Positions 52,609 through 61,874 of a DNA stretch of 64,000 bases are shown here, piece after piece; positions within the stretch are counted from its first letter, which is position 1, and every line of letters starts with the position of its first letter. The notes beneath the pieces are model-generated. The model saw only the letters and a list, made by a program, of their open reading frames with translations. It had not been told where the DNA came from and searched no databases. Source of the DNA: Rhodocyclaceae bacterium (GTDB lineage: Bacteria > Pseudomonadota > Gammaproteobacteria > Burkholderiales > Rhodocyclaceae); contig JASGFB010000002.1 in the NCBI GenBank assembly GCA_047605765.1, positions 6,142-70,141 on the forward strand, given 5' to 3'. Position numbers and translations under genes: made by a program.

Positions 52609-53100
52609 ATGAAACACTTTCTGTACACGGTCGAAGAATCGCTGGCGATGCTGTGCTTTGCCGCGACCACGGCGTTGGTCCTCGTCGGCGCGGCGTCGCG
52701 AACCTTGGGCATGCCCATCGTCGAATCCGTCGATCTCGCCCAACTGGGTTTTGCGTGGACCTGTGCGTTGGGTGCGGACATCGCTCTCAAGCACAAGGCC
52801 CATGTGGTGATCGATGTGGTGGTCAAGCGCCTGCCGCTGCCCGTGCGGCGCGCACTGGGTGTGCTCTGGCACATCGTCATGCTGGGTTTTCTGGCCATGC
52901 TGGTGTGGTATGGCGCCGAACTCACGCTCCTCAATACGCAGCGCAAGCTGGGTGACGTCGGCATCAGCTATGCCTGGGTGACCGTGACGGTACCGGTGGC
53001 GGCTTCGCTCATGAGCCTCACCTTGCTGCATTCGCTTTGGCAGGTATGGCGCGGACACGCCGAGATCGCCGTGCAGGGCCGCGATGGAGACGCACTATGA
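52609..53100 (+). CDS. dctQ: TRAP small permease DctQ
   Basis: Four TM segments; HVVIDVV; lies between dctP and dctM. Confidence 0.85.
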   Translation: MKHFLYTVEESLAMLCFAATTALVLVGAASRTLGMPIVESVDLAQLGFAWTCALGADIALKHKAHVVIDVVVKRLPLPVRRALGVLWHIVMLGFLAMLVWYGAELTLLNTQRKLGDVGISYAWVTVTVPVAASLMSLTLLHSLWQVWRGHAEIAVQGRDGDAL

Positions 53101-54380
53101 GCGGCACGCTGACCTTATTGTTTCTGGCGCTGATGTTCCTTGGTATGCCTGTGGCATTTGCTATTGGCGTGGCCTTCATGGGCTTCTACTTGTTTGGCCC
53201 CATGCCGGCATCCATTGCCGTGCAGAAGATCGCCTCATCGACGCAATCCTTTCCGCTCCTGGCGGTTCCCTTGTTCGTGTTCGCCGGCCATCTCATGAAT
53301 GAATCCGGCATCACCGAGAGGCTGGTCCGCCTGTCCACGATCATGACGGGCTGGATCCGCGGCGGGTTGGCGCACGTGGCCATCCTGCTGGCAGCCTTCA
53401 TGGGGGGCGTGTCGGGTGCGGCGGTGGCCGATGCCGCCATGGAGGCGCGCGTGCTCGGCCCGTCCATGCTGGCGCGTGGCTATTCGAAGGGTTTCGCGGC
53501 TGGTGCCATCGCCGTCGGCTCTCTCATCACGGCCACCATCCCGCCGAGCATTGGGCTGATCCTGTACGGTTTTCTCGGCAATGTTTCCATCGGCCGGCTG
53601 TTCGTGGCCGGCATCGTGCCGGGCGTGCTGATGACCATGCTGCTGATGTCCACCGCGTACTTCATCGCGCGCCGGCGGGGCTATGTGGCTGAACTGGAGC
53701 GCCCACCCAGCATGAGGGAGGTCGTCGTCAAGATGTGGGATTGCAAGTGGGCCTTGCTGTTCCCGATCTTCCTTATCATCGGTATCCGCTACGGCATCTT
53801 CACGCCATCCGAGGCGGGCGCCTTTGCCGTGGCCTATGCCATCGTGATCGGTATGTATGTCTATCGCGAACTCACGCTGGCCAAATTGCTCGATTGCCTG
53901 CGCCAAGCCGTGCGCGACGTTGGCATGATCATGTTGATCATCATGCTGTCTTCGATGATCGGTTACGTCATCACGCTCGAATCCGTGCCGCAGACCGCCA
54001 CCGAATTCCTGGTCGGGCTGACCAGCAACAGATATGCGCTGCTGTTCCTTATCATCGTCTTCATCATCGCGCTGGGTACCTTGCTGGAGAGTACGGTCAT
54101 CACGCTGCTGCTGACGCCGATCCTGGTGCCGATCGTTTCGGCGGTCGGTATCGACCTGGTTCACTTCGGGTTGCTGATGATGACGTGCGTGACGCTTGGT
54201 TCGATGACGCCGCCGGTGGGGGTGGCGATGTTCACCGTATGCGGCATTCTCAAATGCCCAATGGACGAATACGCTCGTGAGGCGCTGCCCTTCATCGGCG
54301 CAGTGCTGGCGCTTGTGGTGATCATGGCCGTGTGGCCACAGATGCTCCTGTTCCTGCCCAATCTGGTGTTCGGCGCTTGA
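53097..54380 (+). CDS. dctM: TRAP large permease DctM
   Basis: SFPLLAVPLF, GVSGAAVADAA, IPPSI and TPPVG. Confidence 0.92.
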   Translation: MSGTLTLLFLALMFLGMPVAFAIGVAFMGFYLFGPMPASIAVQKIASSTQSFPLLAVPLFVFAGHLMNESGITERLVRLSTIMTGWIRGGLAHVAILLAAFMGGVSGAAVADAAMEARVLGPSMLARGYSKGFAAGAIAVGSLITATIPPSIGLILYGFLGNVSIGRLFVAGIVPGVLMTMLLMSTAYFIARRRGYVAELERPPSMREVVVKMWDCKWALLFPIFLIIGIRYGIFTPSEAGAFAVAYAIVIGMYVYRELTLAKLLDCLRQAVRDVGMIMLIIMLSSMIGYVITLESVPQTATEFLVGLTSNRYALLFLIIVFIIALGTLLESTVITLLLTPILVPIVSAVGIDLVHFGLLMMTCVTLGSMTPPVGVAMFTVCGILKCPMDEYAREALPFIGAVLALVVIMAVWPQMLLFLPNLVFGA

Positions 54381-54791
54381 CGGCGACCCGCTGGAATAAC
54401 CCGGGTCCGCCACGGTGTGGGCCGTTCTCATGCAGGCACGCGGTGCCTCCATGAGTGGGCGCTTGGCCCAGTTGCCCGCGATGCGGGCGATCGCCACGGC
54501 GCGGTGGCCGGACGACGGAATAAAAATGCGTGCAATGTACGCCGTGCGCACATGCGGTACATGACCTGACAAGCCTGCCATGTGGGCGATACCGACCGGG
54601 CACGCGCCGGGCTGGTTCGCTTGCCATCACGCCTGAGCGTCATGGCGTTCCACCCATTCGTCATGAGTGGCCGCGTCTGTCGGGGGGCTCGGTGCGGGGC
54701 GGGAGGGCCCATCGATGTCCCCATCGACGGGCCCTTCGCTTGGCGGCCGGACCAGTTGCCGTTCAAACGCCTTACAGCCTTGCGGCTATCG

Positions 54792-55946
54792 TTAGCTCTG
54801 CAGCAGCTTCAAGACTTGCTGCGGCAGGGCATTTGCTTGCGCCAGCATCGCGGTGCCGGCTTGTTGGAGGATCTGCGAGCGCGACAGGTTGGCGGTTTCC
54901 GACGCGAAGTCCGCGTCGGTGATGCGCCCCTTGGCGGCCGACAGGTTCTCGGTCGTCGTCTGCAAGTTGGCGACGGTCGAGGTAAAACGGTTCTGGATGG
55001 CACCCAGGTTGGCGCGTGCTTCGCTCACATCCTTCAGCGCGTTGTCGATCTGCGAGATCGTCATCTGCGCGTTGGTGAAGGAATCGACCGTCAGCGCCGC
55101 GATACCGGTGGTGGTGGTCGACGTGCCGGTGGTGGCGTTGTTGGGCCAGCCTGACACGGTAGCGTCGTTGGTGGTACCGGCGATGGCGATGGCACCATTC
55201 GAACTCAGCGTGATCTGGCCGGTGGTCTTGTCGTAGGACGCACCCACACCCGTCTGCGACGACACGCGGTTGATCGCTTCGGTCATCTGCGCTGCGCGTT
55301 CCTGCGCATTCGATGCCGGGTCGACCTTGCCGATGTCGATGCCGTTGATCGTCACGCCGGCGGCGGGGATGGCCGTGCCATAACCGGTCAGCGTCGTGTT
55401 GGCGATGGTCGAGGTGTAACGCGTCAGCGAGCCACCCAGGGCGGCGGTCTGCGCGTTCATGATCGAACCGATGCCGATCGTTTCACCGGCGTTGGCGCCG
55501 ATCTGGAACTGCACGCCGGTAAAGGAACCATCGAGCAGCTTGTTGCCGTTGAAGCTGGTCTGTTCAGCCACGCGTTGGATTTCAGCTTGCAGCTGGGCGA
55601 CTTCAGCCTGCAGGGCGTCGCGGTCGCTTTGCGTGTTGGTGCCGTTGGAAGCCTGCACCGCCAGTTCGCGGATACGTTGCAGATCGTTGCCGATCTCACC
55701 GAGCGCGCCTTCGGCCGTCTGGGCCAGCGACACACCGTCGTTGGCATTGCGGATGGCCTGCGTCAGGCCCCGCACTTGCGTGGTCATGCGTTCGGAGATC
55801 GCCAGACCTGCGGCGTCATCCTTGGCACTGTTGATACGCAACCCCGACGAGAGGCGTTGCAGGGACGTTGACAACGAACTCTGCGACGTCGTCAGGTTAC
55901 GTTGGGCATTTAACGATGCCACATTCGTGTTGATGGTCATGGCCAT
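54792..55946 (-). CDS. fliC: Flagellin
   Basis: [39 protein letters not shown] and [12 protein letters not shown]; GGAGG RBS. Confidence 0.96.
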   Translation of the reverse strand: MAMTINTNVASLNAQRNLTTSQSSLSTSLQRLSSGLRINSAKDDAAGLAISERMTTQVRGLTQAIRNANDGVSLAQTAEGALGEIGNDLQRIRELAVQASNGTNTQSDRDALQAEVAQLQAEIQRVAEQTSFNGNKLLDGSFTGVQFQIGANAGETIGIGSIMNAQTAALGGSLTRYTSTIANTTLTGYGTAIPAAGVTINGIDIGKVDPASNAQERAAQMTEAINRVSSQTGVGASYDKTTGQITLSSNGAIAIAGTTNDATVSGWPNNATTGTSTTTTGIAALTVDSFTNAQMTISQIDNALKDVSEARANLGAIQNRFTSTVANLQTTTENLSAAKGRITDADFASETANLSRSQILQQAGTAMLAQANALPQQVLKLLQS

Positions 55947-56058
55947 GGCCAATTTCCTCCGAGTAGTGCATTTGAACGGTCCGGCCGAACTTTCTGGAGG
56001 AAATCCCCAGAGCCGCCCCCGGCATACCCGCCGGAAGCGTTCAGCTCAGTCCCTCTAT

Positions 56059-56074
56059 TGCAAGGGGTGGGCCA
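56059..56074 (-). promoter_or_regulatory. sigma54 -24/-12 promoter for flagellin
   Basis: Minus strand TGGCCCACCCCTTGCA. Confidence 0.65.
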
Positions 56075-56279
56075 GTTTGTGCGCCAAACAGAAATAGCCT
56101 TGAAAAACAGTGCTTTTCGCGCGTTTGAGGGGGGCTTGCCGGCATGCCGTCGGGGTGGGCGGCAAATGCTGCCGCCCGGTGTGCGGCTTCTGCCGCCGTG
56201 TGCGGCAAGCCTTGCAGGCAGAACGGCCGCTTTGCCGGCCGTGGTTGGCCGAACGCGAAAAGGGCATGCCAGAAACGAC

Positions 56280-56313
56280 GATGCCCCGAGGGCTCACAGG
56301 CACTCGGGGCATC
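56280..56313. terminator. Stem-loop downstream of the small Pro/Tyr-rich gene
   Basis: gatgccccgag...ctcggggcatc. Confidence 0.5.
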
Positions 56314-56358
56314 GAAAGCGCCGCTGCGCGGGCGGTGGCCGCGCAGCGGAATGCGCGT

Positions 56359-56694
56359 TCAGCGCAGTGGAATCACGATGGGGGGCACGCTGACGCCGAT
56401 GGTGATGGCCGGGCGGCCATAGACCGGCATCGGCGCCACATACACCGGCTCGCGGTAGATCACGCGCGGTTCGCGATACATCACGCGGGGCGGCGGCACT
56501 TCGCGATAGATCACCGTCCGTTCGACGACGCGCGGGCCACGGTCGTAGTAACGGTGGTCATAACGGTCATAACGTTCATAGCGCTCGTAACGATCGGGGC
56601 CGCGACGGCCGTGATCATGGGCGGAAGCCGCCAGCGGCAGCAGAGCAGACGCGCCGAGAATGGCCGCCGCGGCAGTCTTGATGAAGGTACGCAT
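56359..56694 (-). CDS. Small secreted Arg/Tyr/Pro-rich repeat protein
   Basis: AAGGAG RBS; signal peptide ending ASA; RY(E/D) and V(I/M)YRE(P) repeats. Confidence 0.75.
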   Translation of the reverse strand: MRTFIKTAAAAILGASALLPLAASAHDHGRRGPDRYERYERYDRYDHRYYDRGPRVVERTVIYREVPPPRVMYREPRVIYREPVYVAPMPVYGRPAITIGVSVPPIVIPLR

Positions 56695-56820
56695 CTTGTT
56701 CTCCTTGCGTGGTGGCGGATGTGCCGAACCGACGCCTTGAACACTATGCGCACGCCATGCGACGGGCTGTAATCAATTGAAAGGAATTGCAAAGCCCGTC
56801 GCAGGAATATGGAAGAAAAG

Positions 56821-57984
56821 TCAGTCCATTGTCGCCATTGCCCGACGCGCCAAGGCCCCCACCAGGGCGGCGAATACCGCCACCACCAGCAGGCCCACGC
56901 CCAGTCCCCAGTGGTGGGCCAGGAAGCCGATCAACGGCGGACCGACCATGAAGCCGAGGTAGCCCGCACCCGACACGGCGGCGATGCCGTTGGCGGCCGG
57001 TACGCCGGGCACCCGGGCGGCGGCCGAGAACAACACCGGCACGATGTTCGAAAAGCCCAGGCCGACCAGCGCGAAGCCCGCCAGCGCTGCCCACGGCTGG
57101 CTGATCGCCAGGGCCGCCAGCATGGCCAGCGCCGCCAGCCAGGCCGATAGTGTCAGGGTGCGTCGCGCGCCCAGGCGGGCACGCACGAAATCGCCGCCGA
57201 AGCGGCCGGCCGCCATGGCGGCCGAGAAGGTGCCATAGGCCAGGGCGGCGATGGCGACCGGGCTGTCCAGCACGCGCACCATATAGAGCGTGCTCCAGTC
57301 ATACATGGCGCCTTCGCCGATCAAGCCGAAGGCCGCCAGCATGCCGAGCAGAAGCAATAGCCCGCGTGGCAGCCGGAAGGGCGCGTCGGCGTGTTCCGGT
57401 GCATGCGTGTGTTCGGCCGGCAGCATATGGCCGGCGGCCAGCCAGATGGATGCGAAGCACATCACCCCGACCCCCGCCAGATGCCACACCGGCGCGATGC
57501 CGGCAGCGGCCACGCTGCTGCCCAGCAGCGCGCCGGCCATGCCGCCGAGGCTGAAGAAACCGTGGAACGAAGACATGATGGGCCGCGCATAGGCGGTCTC
57601 CACCGCCACCGCTTCGGCATTCATCGCCACGTCGAAACTGCCGTTGGCCAGGCCGAACACGAACAGCACCGCCATGGCGGCGAAATAGCTGGGCATGTGC
57701 AGCAACAGGGCCAACGACAGGCACAGGACCAGGCCGGCCGCCAGCACCACCGGCCGCGCACCGTGGCGCGCCACCCAATTGCCGACGCGCGTGAGGGCGA
57801 TCAGCGAACCGAGGCCGGCGGCCAGCATCAGCCACGACAGTTCGGCCTCGGTCAGGTCATATTGCTGGCGCACGGTCGGCACGTGTACGCCCCAACTGGC
57901 GAACAGCAGGCCGCCGACGAAGAAATGGACATTGGTCGCCACGCGCGAGGCGCGCGGTACCTGGGCAAGGGGAGGGGGCTGCAT
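56821..57984 (-). CDS. MFS transporter
   Basis: About 12 TM segments; FDVAMNA, MSSFHGFFSLG and GRFGGD. Confidence 0.88.
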   Translation of the reverse strand: MQPPPLAQVPRASRVATNVHFFVGGLLFASWGVHVPTVRQQYDLTEAELSWLMLAAGLGSLIALTRVGNWVARHGARPVVLAAGLVLCLSLALLLHMPSYFAAMAVLFVFGLANGSFDVAMNAEAVAVETAYARPIMSSFHGFFSLGGMAGALLGSSVAAAGIAPVWHLAGVGVMCFASIWLAAGHMLPAEHTHAPEHADAPFRLPRGLLLLLGMLAAFGLIGEGAMYDWSTLYMVRVLDSPVAIAALAYGTFSAAMAAGRFGGDFVRARLGARRTLTLSAWLAALAMLAALAISQPWAALAGFALVGLGFSNIVPVLFSAAARVPGVPAANGIAAVSGAGYLGFMVGPPLIGFLAHHWGLGVGLLVVAVFAALVGALARRAMATMD

Positions 57985-58085
57985 GGTTGTTCTTGTGTGA
58001 GAACGCGCGACGGGCGTTGCGCGATAGTGCGATCGGAGCGCGCCGCCCTGCCGGATCGCCCGGCGGCGCGCTGCGGTGTGACGGA

Positions 58086-58475
58086 TCAATCGTCGGCAGG
58101 TTCCGCGATGTCGCCGTCAACGTAGTACCAGTGGCCGCCCTCGCGCACGAAGCGGCTTGTTTCATGCAGCCGGTGCGCGCGGCCGCCGATGCGATAGCGC
58201 GCCACGAATTCGACCACGGCGCGATCGCCGATGGGCGCCGGCGCGCGCACGATCTTCAGGCCCAGCCATTTGACGCCGTCGTCGAAATCCAGCGTGGGTG
58301 GCCGTGTGCTGGCATGCCAGCTCGATAGCAGATAAGGCGCCCGCTGCTGTGCGAGCGCCGTGTAGCGCGAGCGCATCAGCGCTTCGGCGCTGGCCGCCGG
58401 CGTGCCCTCATGAAGCGGGCCGCAACAGCGCGCATACGGACGGTTCGAACCGCAGGGGCAGGTCAGATCGGGCAT
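58086..58475 (-). CDS. ychJ: YchJ family (SEC-C motif) protein
   Basis: CPCGS...CC, LMRSRY and ETSRFVREGGHWYYVDG. Confidence 0.9.
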   Translation of the reverse strand: MPDLTCPCGSNRPYARCCGPLHEGTPAASAEALMRSRYTALAQQRAPYLLSSWHASTRPPTLDFDDGVKWLGLKIVRAPAPIGDRAVVEFVARYRIGGRAHRLHETSRFVREGGHWYYVDGDIAEPADD

Positions 58476-58533
58476 GGCGCGCGCCGCAAAAGGCCCAAAG
58501 TGTAGCGCGCGCCGCCCTGCCGCGACAGCGTGG

Positions 58534-59550
58534 CTACTTGGTGTACAGATCGGCGACCTGCTCCATCAGCGCGCTGTGATGCGCATGCAGGCGGTCTTCC
58601 AGCGCATCCTTTTCGGGGTCGATGGTCGGCGCCTCGGCTTCGAACCAGGTGAACAGGGTCGCCAGGCCTTCGTGCAAGCCGATGCGCGGGGCGAATTCCG
58701 GGATGTCGCGCCGGATCTTGCTGTTGTCGAACAGGCCCGGGTACGACTTTTCGAACAGCAGGTGAGCGCACAGATTGGGCGCCGCCCGGTGCAGCACCTG
58801 TGCCGGCAGGTAGAACAGGCGCGGTTCCACGCCCAGCACGCGACCGGCCTCCAGGTACAGATCGCGCCATACCGTCGGCGTTTCGTTGGTGGCGTGGTAG
58901 TGCTGGCCGTAAGTGGCCGGGTTGCCCACCGCGCCAGCGAAAGCCACCGCCAGGTCCGGCGCGAAGGTGAAGCTCCATGGCGTGAGCCCGTCGCCGAACA
59001 TCACCAGGGGCTTGCCCCGGCGCAGGCGGTCGATGACGCCGTAGTTCTGGCGCAGCACGCCAAAGCCCATGGCCCCCGGTCCGAACGTGAGCGAAGGCCG
59101 GATGAGGGTGATCGGCAGACCCTGCTCGCGCATCAGCGCCTGCAGGTAGCGCTCGATCTGTGCCTTGTTGTACGAATACGGGAACGACGGGTCATCGCAC
59201 AGCACTTCGGCGTCCTCGCGGATCGGCACGGTGCGATAGGGGCGGGCATAGGCCGACGAACTCGAACACACGATGATCTGCGCCACGCGGCCGCCAAAGG
59301 TGTCGACGGTAGAGCGCGCGTCTTCTTCGGTGAAGGCGATCATGTCGATCACCACATCGAAGTTCTCCGCCTGCATGCGCGTGCGGAAGCCCTCGCGATC
59401 GGCGCGATCGCCGACGATGACGCGCACCCCCGGCGGCGGCACGGTGCGCTGCCCGCGATTGAACAGCGTCACCTCGTGCTGCTTGGCCTGCAACAACGGA
59501 ACGATGGCCCGGCTGATCTGCCCCGTGCCCCCCAGGATCAGGACTTTCAT
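58534..59550 (-). CDS. NAD-dependent epimerase/dehydratase (extended SDR)
   Basis: ILGGTGQIS, FNRG and YSYNK. Confidence 0.85.
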   Translation of the reverse strand: MKVLILGGTGQISRAIVPLLQAKQHEVTLFNRGQRTVPPPGVRVIVGDRADREGFRTRMQAENFDVVIDMIAFTEEDARSTVDTFGGRVAQIIVCSSSSAYARPYRTVPIREDAEVLCDDPSFPYSYNKAQIERYLQALMREQGLPITLIRPSLTFGPGAMGFGVLRQNYGVIDRLRRGKPLVMFGDGLTPWSFTFAPDLAVAFAGAVGNPATYGQHYHATNETPTVWRDLYLEAGRVLGVEPRLFYLPAQVLHRAAPNLCAHLLFEKSYPGLFDNSKIRRDIPEFAPRIGLHEGLATLFTWFEAEAPTIDPEKDALEDRLHAHHSALMEQVADLYTK

Positions 59551-59688
59551 ATGTTCTCCCACGATGCCGCGCGCGCATGTCGCGCAGGCTGCATTGTGCC
59601 CGTGCGCCAGGCCGATGCGAATGCGGGGATCACCAGCTTGCCTCGGCGCCGCGCGCGTCTGCGAGAGAGCCCAATGGCTACCTGATCG

Positions 59689-61122
59689 TCATGCGGCGGC
59701 GGCGACGATCTTGCCCAGGCGCCGTACCGCGTCGTCCACTTCGTTGGTGAACGGCATGCCACAACTGATGCGCAGGTAATGGTCGTAGCGGTCGGAGTTG
59801 GAGAACATCAGGCCGGGCGAGACACGGATGCCGGCCTTCAGTGCGGTCTGGAAAATGACCGTCGAGCTTTGTTCGATGGGCAACTGCAACCACAGCAGCA
59901 TGCCGCCGGCCGGCACCGAAAAGCGCGTGCCGGCGGGAAAGTGCTCGGCGATGGCCTCGGCCATGCGGGCGCGGCGTTCCTTGAGCAGGCGCCGCAGCCG
60001 CATGAGGTGGCGGTCATAGGCCGCCGAGCCCATGAATTCGGCCACCGCCATCTGCGACAGCGCTTCGTTGGGCCGGCTCTGCGCGTACTTGAGCATCTTG
60101 ATGCGCGCGCCCCAGCGGCCGCCGGCCACCCAGCCCAGGCGCATGCCCGGTGCCAGCGTCTTGTGCAGCGACGCGCAGTGGATGACGTTGTCGTGGGTGT
60201 CCCAGGCCTTGAGCGCGCGCAGCGGCTCGTCGTCGTCGCTGAGGGCGCCGTAGGTGTCGTCTTCGATCAACGGCACGTTCTGCGCGTCGCACAGCGCCAC
60301 CAGGTTCTGCTTGTCGGCGTCGGGCATGACGCTGCCGAGCGGGTTCTGGAAATTGGGCACGACCACCACGGCGCGGATGTTGGGCTGTGTCTGGAAGGCC
60401 AGTTCCAGCGCTTCGACCGACATACCGCGTTGCGGGCTGGTGGGGATTTCGATGCTGCGCAGGCCGAGCGTTTCCAGGATCTGCAGCAGGCCGTAGTAAC
60501 AGGGCGATTCCACCGCCACTGTGTCGCCCGGTCGCGTCACTGCGCGCAGGGCCAGGTTCATGGCCTCGGTGCAGCCGTGCGTCACCACCACATCTTCGGG
60601 CGACAGGCGAATGCCGCTGGCCAGGGCGCGGCGCGCCAGCGTGGCGCGGAAGCCGCGCTCGCCATGGGCCGGTGCCGGGCTCACCAACACGTCGGGCCTG
60701 CGCCGCAGGGCACGCGCGGCGGCATGCTTGAGGGCCTCGACCGGATAGGCGTCCGACGAGCCGAAGGCCACTGCCAGATTGGCTTTGACCGGGTAGCGCT
60801 CGCACTGGGCGATGAAATCCGATACCCGGTTATGGATGCCCACGTACTGCGCCGGATTGGGTGCGCTGGCCGGATCCGGCTCACTCACCGGTTCGATATG
60901 GGTGCGCCGGGGGCGCCGCACGAAGAATCCGGATCGCGGCCGCGCCTCCAGCCAGCCTGTGTCTTCCAGGTGGCGGCAGGCCTGCAGGGCGGTCGATACG
61001 CTGACCTTGTGCAGATGCGTCAGAGACCGTACCGAAGGCATGCGACTGCCGGGGGCCAGGGTGCCGGCTTCGATCGCGGATTGGTAATGCGTGGCCAGTT
61101 GCAGGTAGAGCGGGGCGTCCAT
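59689..61122 (-). CDS. MocR-family PLP-dependent GntR regulator
   Basis: PSVR wHTH; IEDDTY and SLHKTLAPGMRLGW aminotransferase-like domain. Confidence 0.93.
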   Translation of the reverse strand: MDAPLYLQLATHYQSAIEAGTLAPGSRMPSVRSLTHLHKVSVSTALQACRHLEDTGWLEARPRSGFFVRRPRRTHIEPVSEPDPASAPNPAQYVGIHNRVSDFIAQCERYPVKANLAVAFGSSDAYPVEALKHAAARALRRRPDVLVSPAPAHGERGFRATLARRALASGIRLSPEDVVVTHGCTEAMNLALRAVTRPGDTVAVESPCYYGLLQILETLGLRSIEIPTSPQRGMSVEALELAFQTQPNIRAVVVVPNFQNPLGSVMPDADKQNLVALCDAQNVPLIEDDTYGALSDDDEPLRALKAWDTHDNVIHCASLHKTLAPGMRLGWVAGGRWGARIKMLKYAQSRPNEALSQMAVAEFMGSAAYDRHLMRLRRLLKERRARMAEAIAEHFPAGTRFSVPAGGMLLWLQLPIEQSSTVIFQTALKAGIRVSPGLMFSNSDRYDHYLRISCGMPFTNEVDDAVRRLGKIVAAAA

Positions 61123-61154
61123 GGGGCGATCATCGCGCGCCGCAAGCGGGCGAT

Positions 61155-61368
61155 ACAGACACAGTTACATCGAAATGCGACCATAACAGATCGCTGTGGC
61201 GCTGTCAGATTGATTCCCCATGCATAGATCTTCAGCGCCCTCCGCATGCCCCGCAATGCCCCATGCACAGGGCGCAACGGTGTTTGCCTGTCGTAGCCGG
61301 CCGTTTGTCCGGCATGAACGGCAGAACAGATACAGATGCGGGCCAAAGCGGCCATAACAGATTGCTGT
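61155..61368 (+). repeat. Two copies of a bipartite operator-like motif
   Basis: ACAGAYACAG-N16-CCATAACAGATYGCTGT starting at 61155 and 61326. Confidence 0.75.
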
Positions 61369-61474
61369 CCGACACCCTGGACCCCCTGACAAACCAGTGC
61401 CCTGTGTCTGTTGGCGGCGACACCCGGTGCGTACGCTGTATGCCATGTTCCACGTCACCTTGAAGGCGACCATC

Positions 61475-61831
61475 ATGCGCAGCACCGATATCCGTGAAAC
61501 CTTGGCGCTCGAACCGGGCGAGCGCCGTTTCCTGCAGGCCCGCGCCGGTACGCTCGTCCTGGCCCAGGCCGGCAATCTGACCCTGACCCGTCCCTTGGCC
61601 TCGGTGGCCGACACGCTGCAACCGGTATGTGTGCGTCTCAACGGCGGTGAAGCATACGGGGTGGATGAAGAAGGCTGGATCTGCCTGGAAGCGGCGCGCG
61701 GGATGGCTGATGTGCTGATCGTGACACCGGCCGACCATCGTATCGGCGCCCTGGTGTGGCAACTGGCGCGGCAACTCTGGAGCCGCTGGCTGGGGCGCGA
61801 CCGCAAGCTGCGCAACCAGGCCGCAGCCTGA
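61475..61831 (+). CDS. Small DUF2917-like protein
   Basis: Cupin-like LEPGE...GTLVLAQAGNLTLT...LNGGEAY; divergent from MocR. Confidence 0.55.
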   Translation: MRSTDIRETLALEPGERRFLQARAGTLVLAQAGNLTLTRPLASVADTLQPVCVRLNGGEAYGVDEEGWICLEAARGMADVLIVTPADHRIGALVWQLARQLWSRWLGRDRKLRNQAAA

Positions 61832-61874
61832 TCGCCGGCGCGCGGCGGATCGTCGCCGCGCCGTTCTCACTGTG

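Noticed and set aside
61263-61463. 66-aa ORF in the MocR intergenic region
   Set aside because: No clear RBS or homology, and it overlaps the operator repeats
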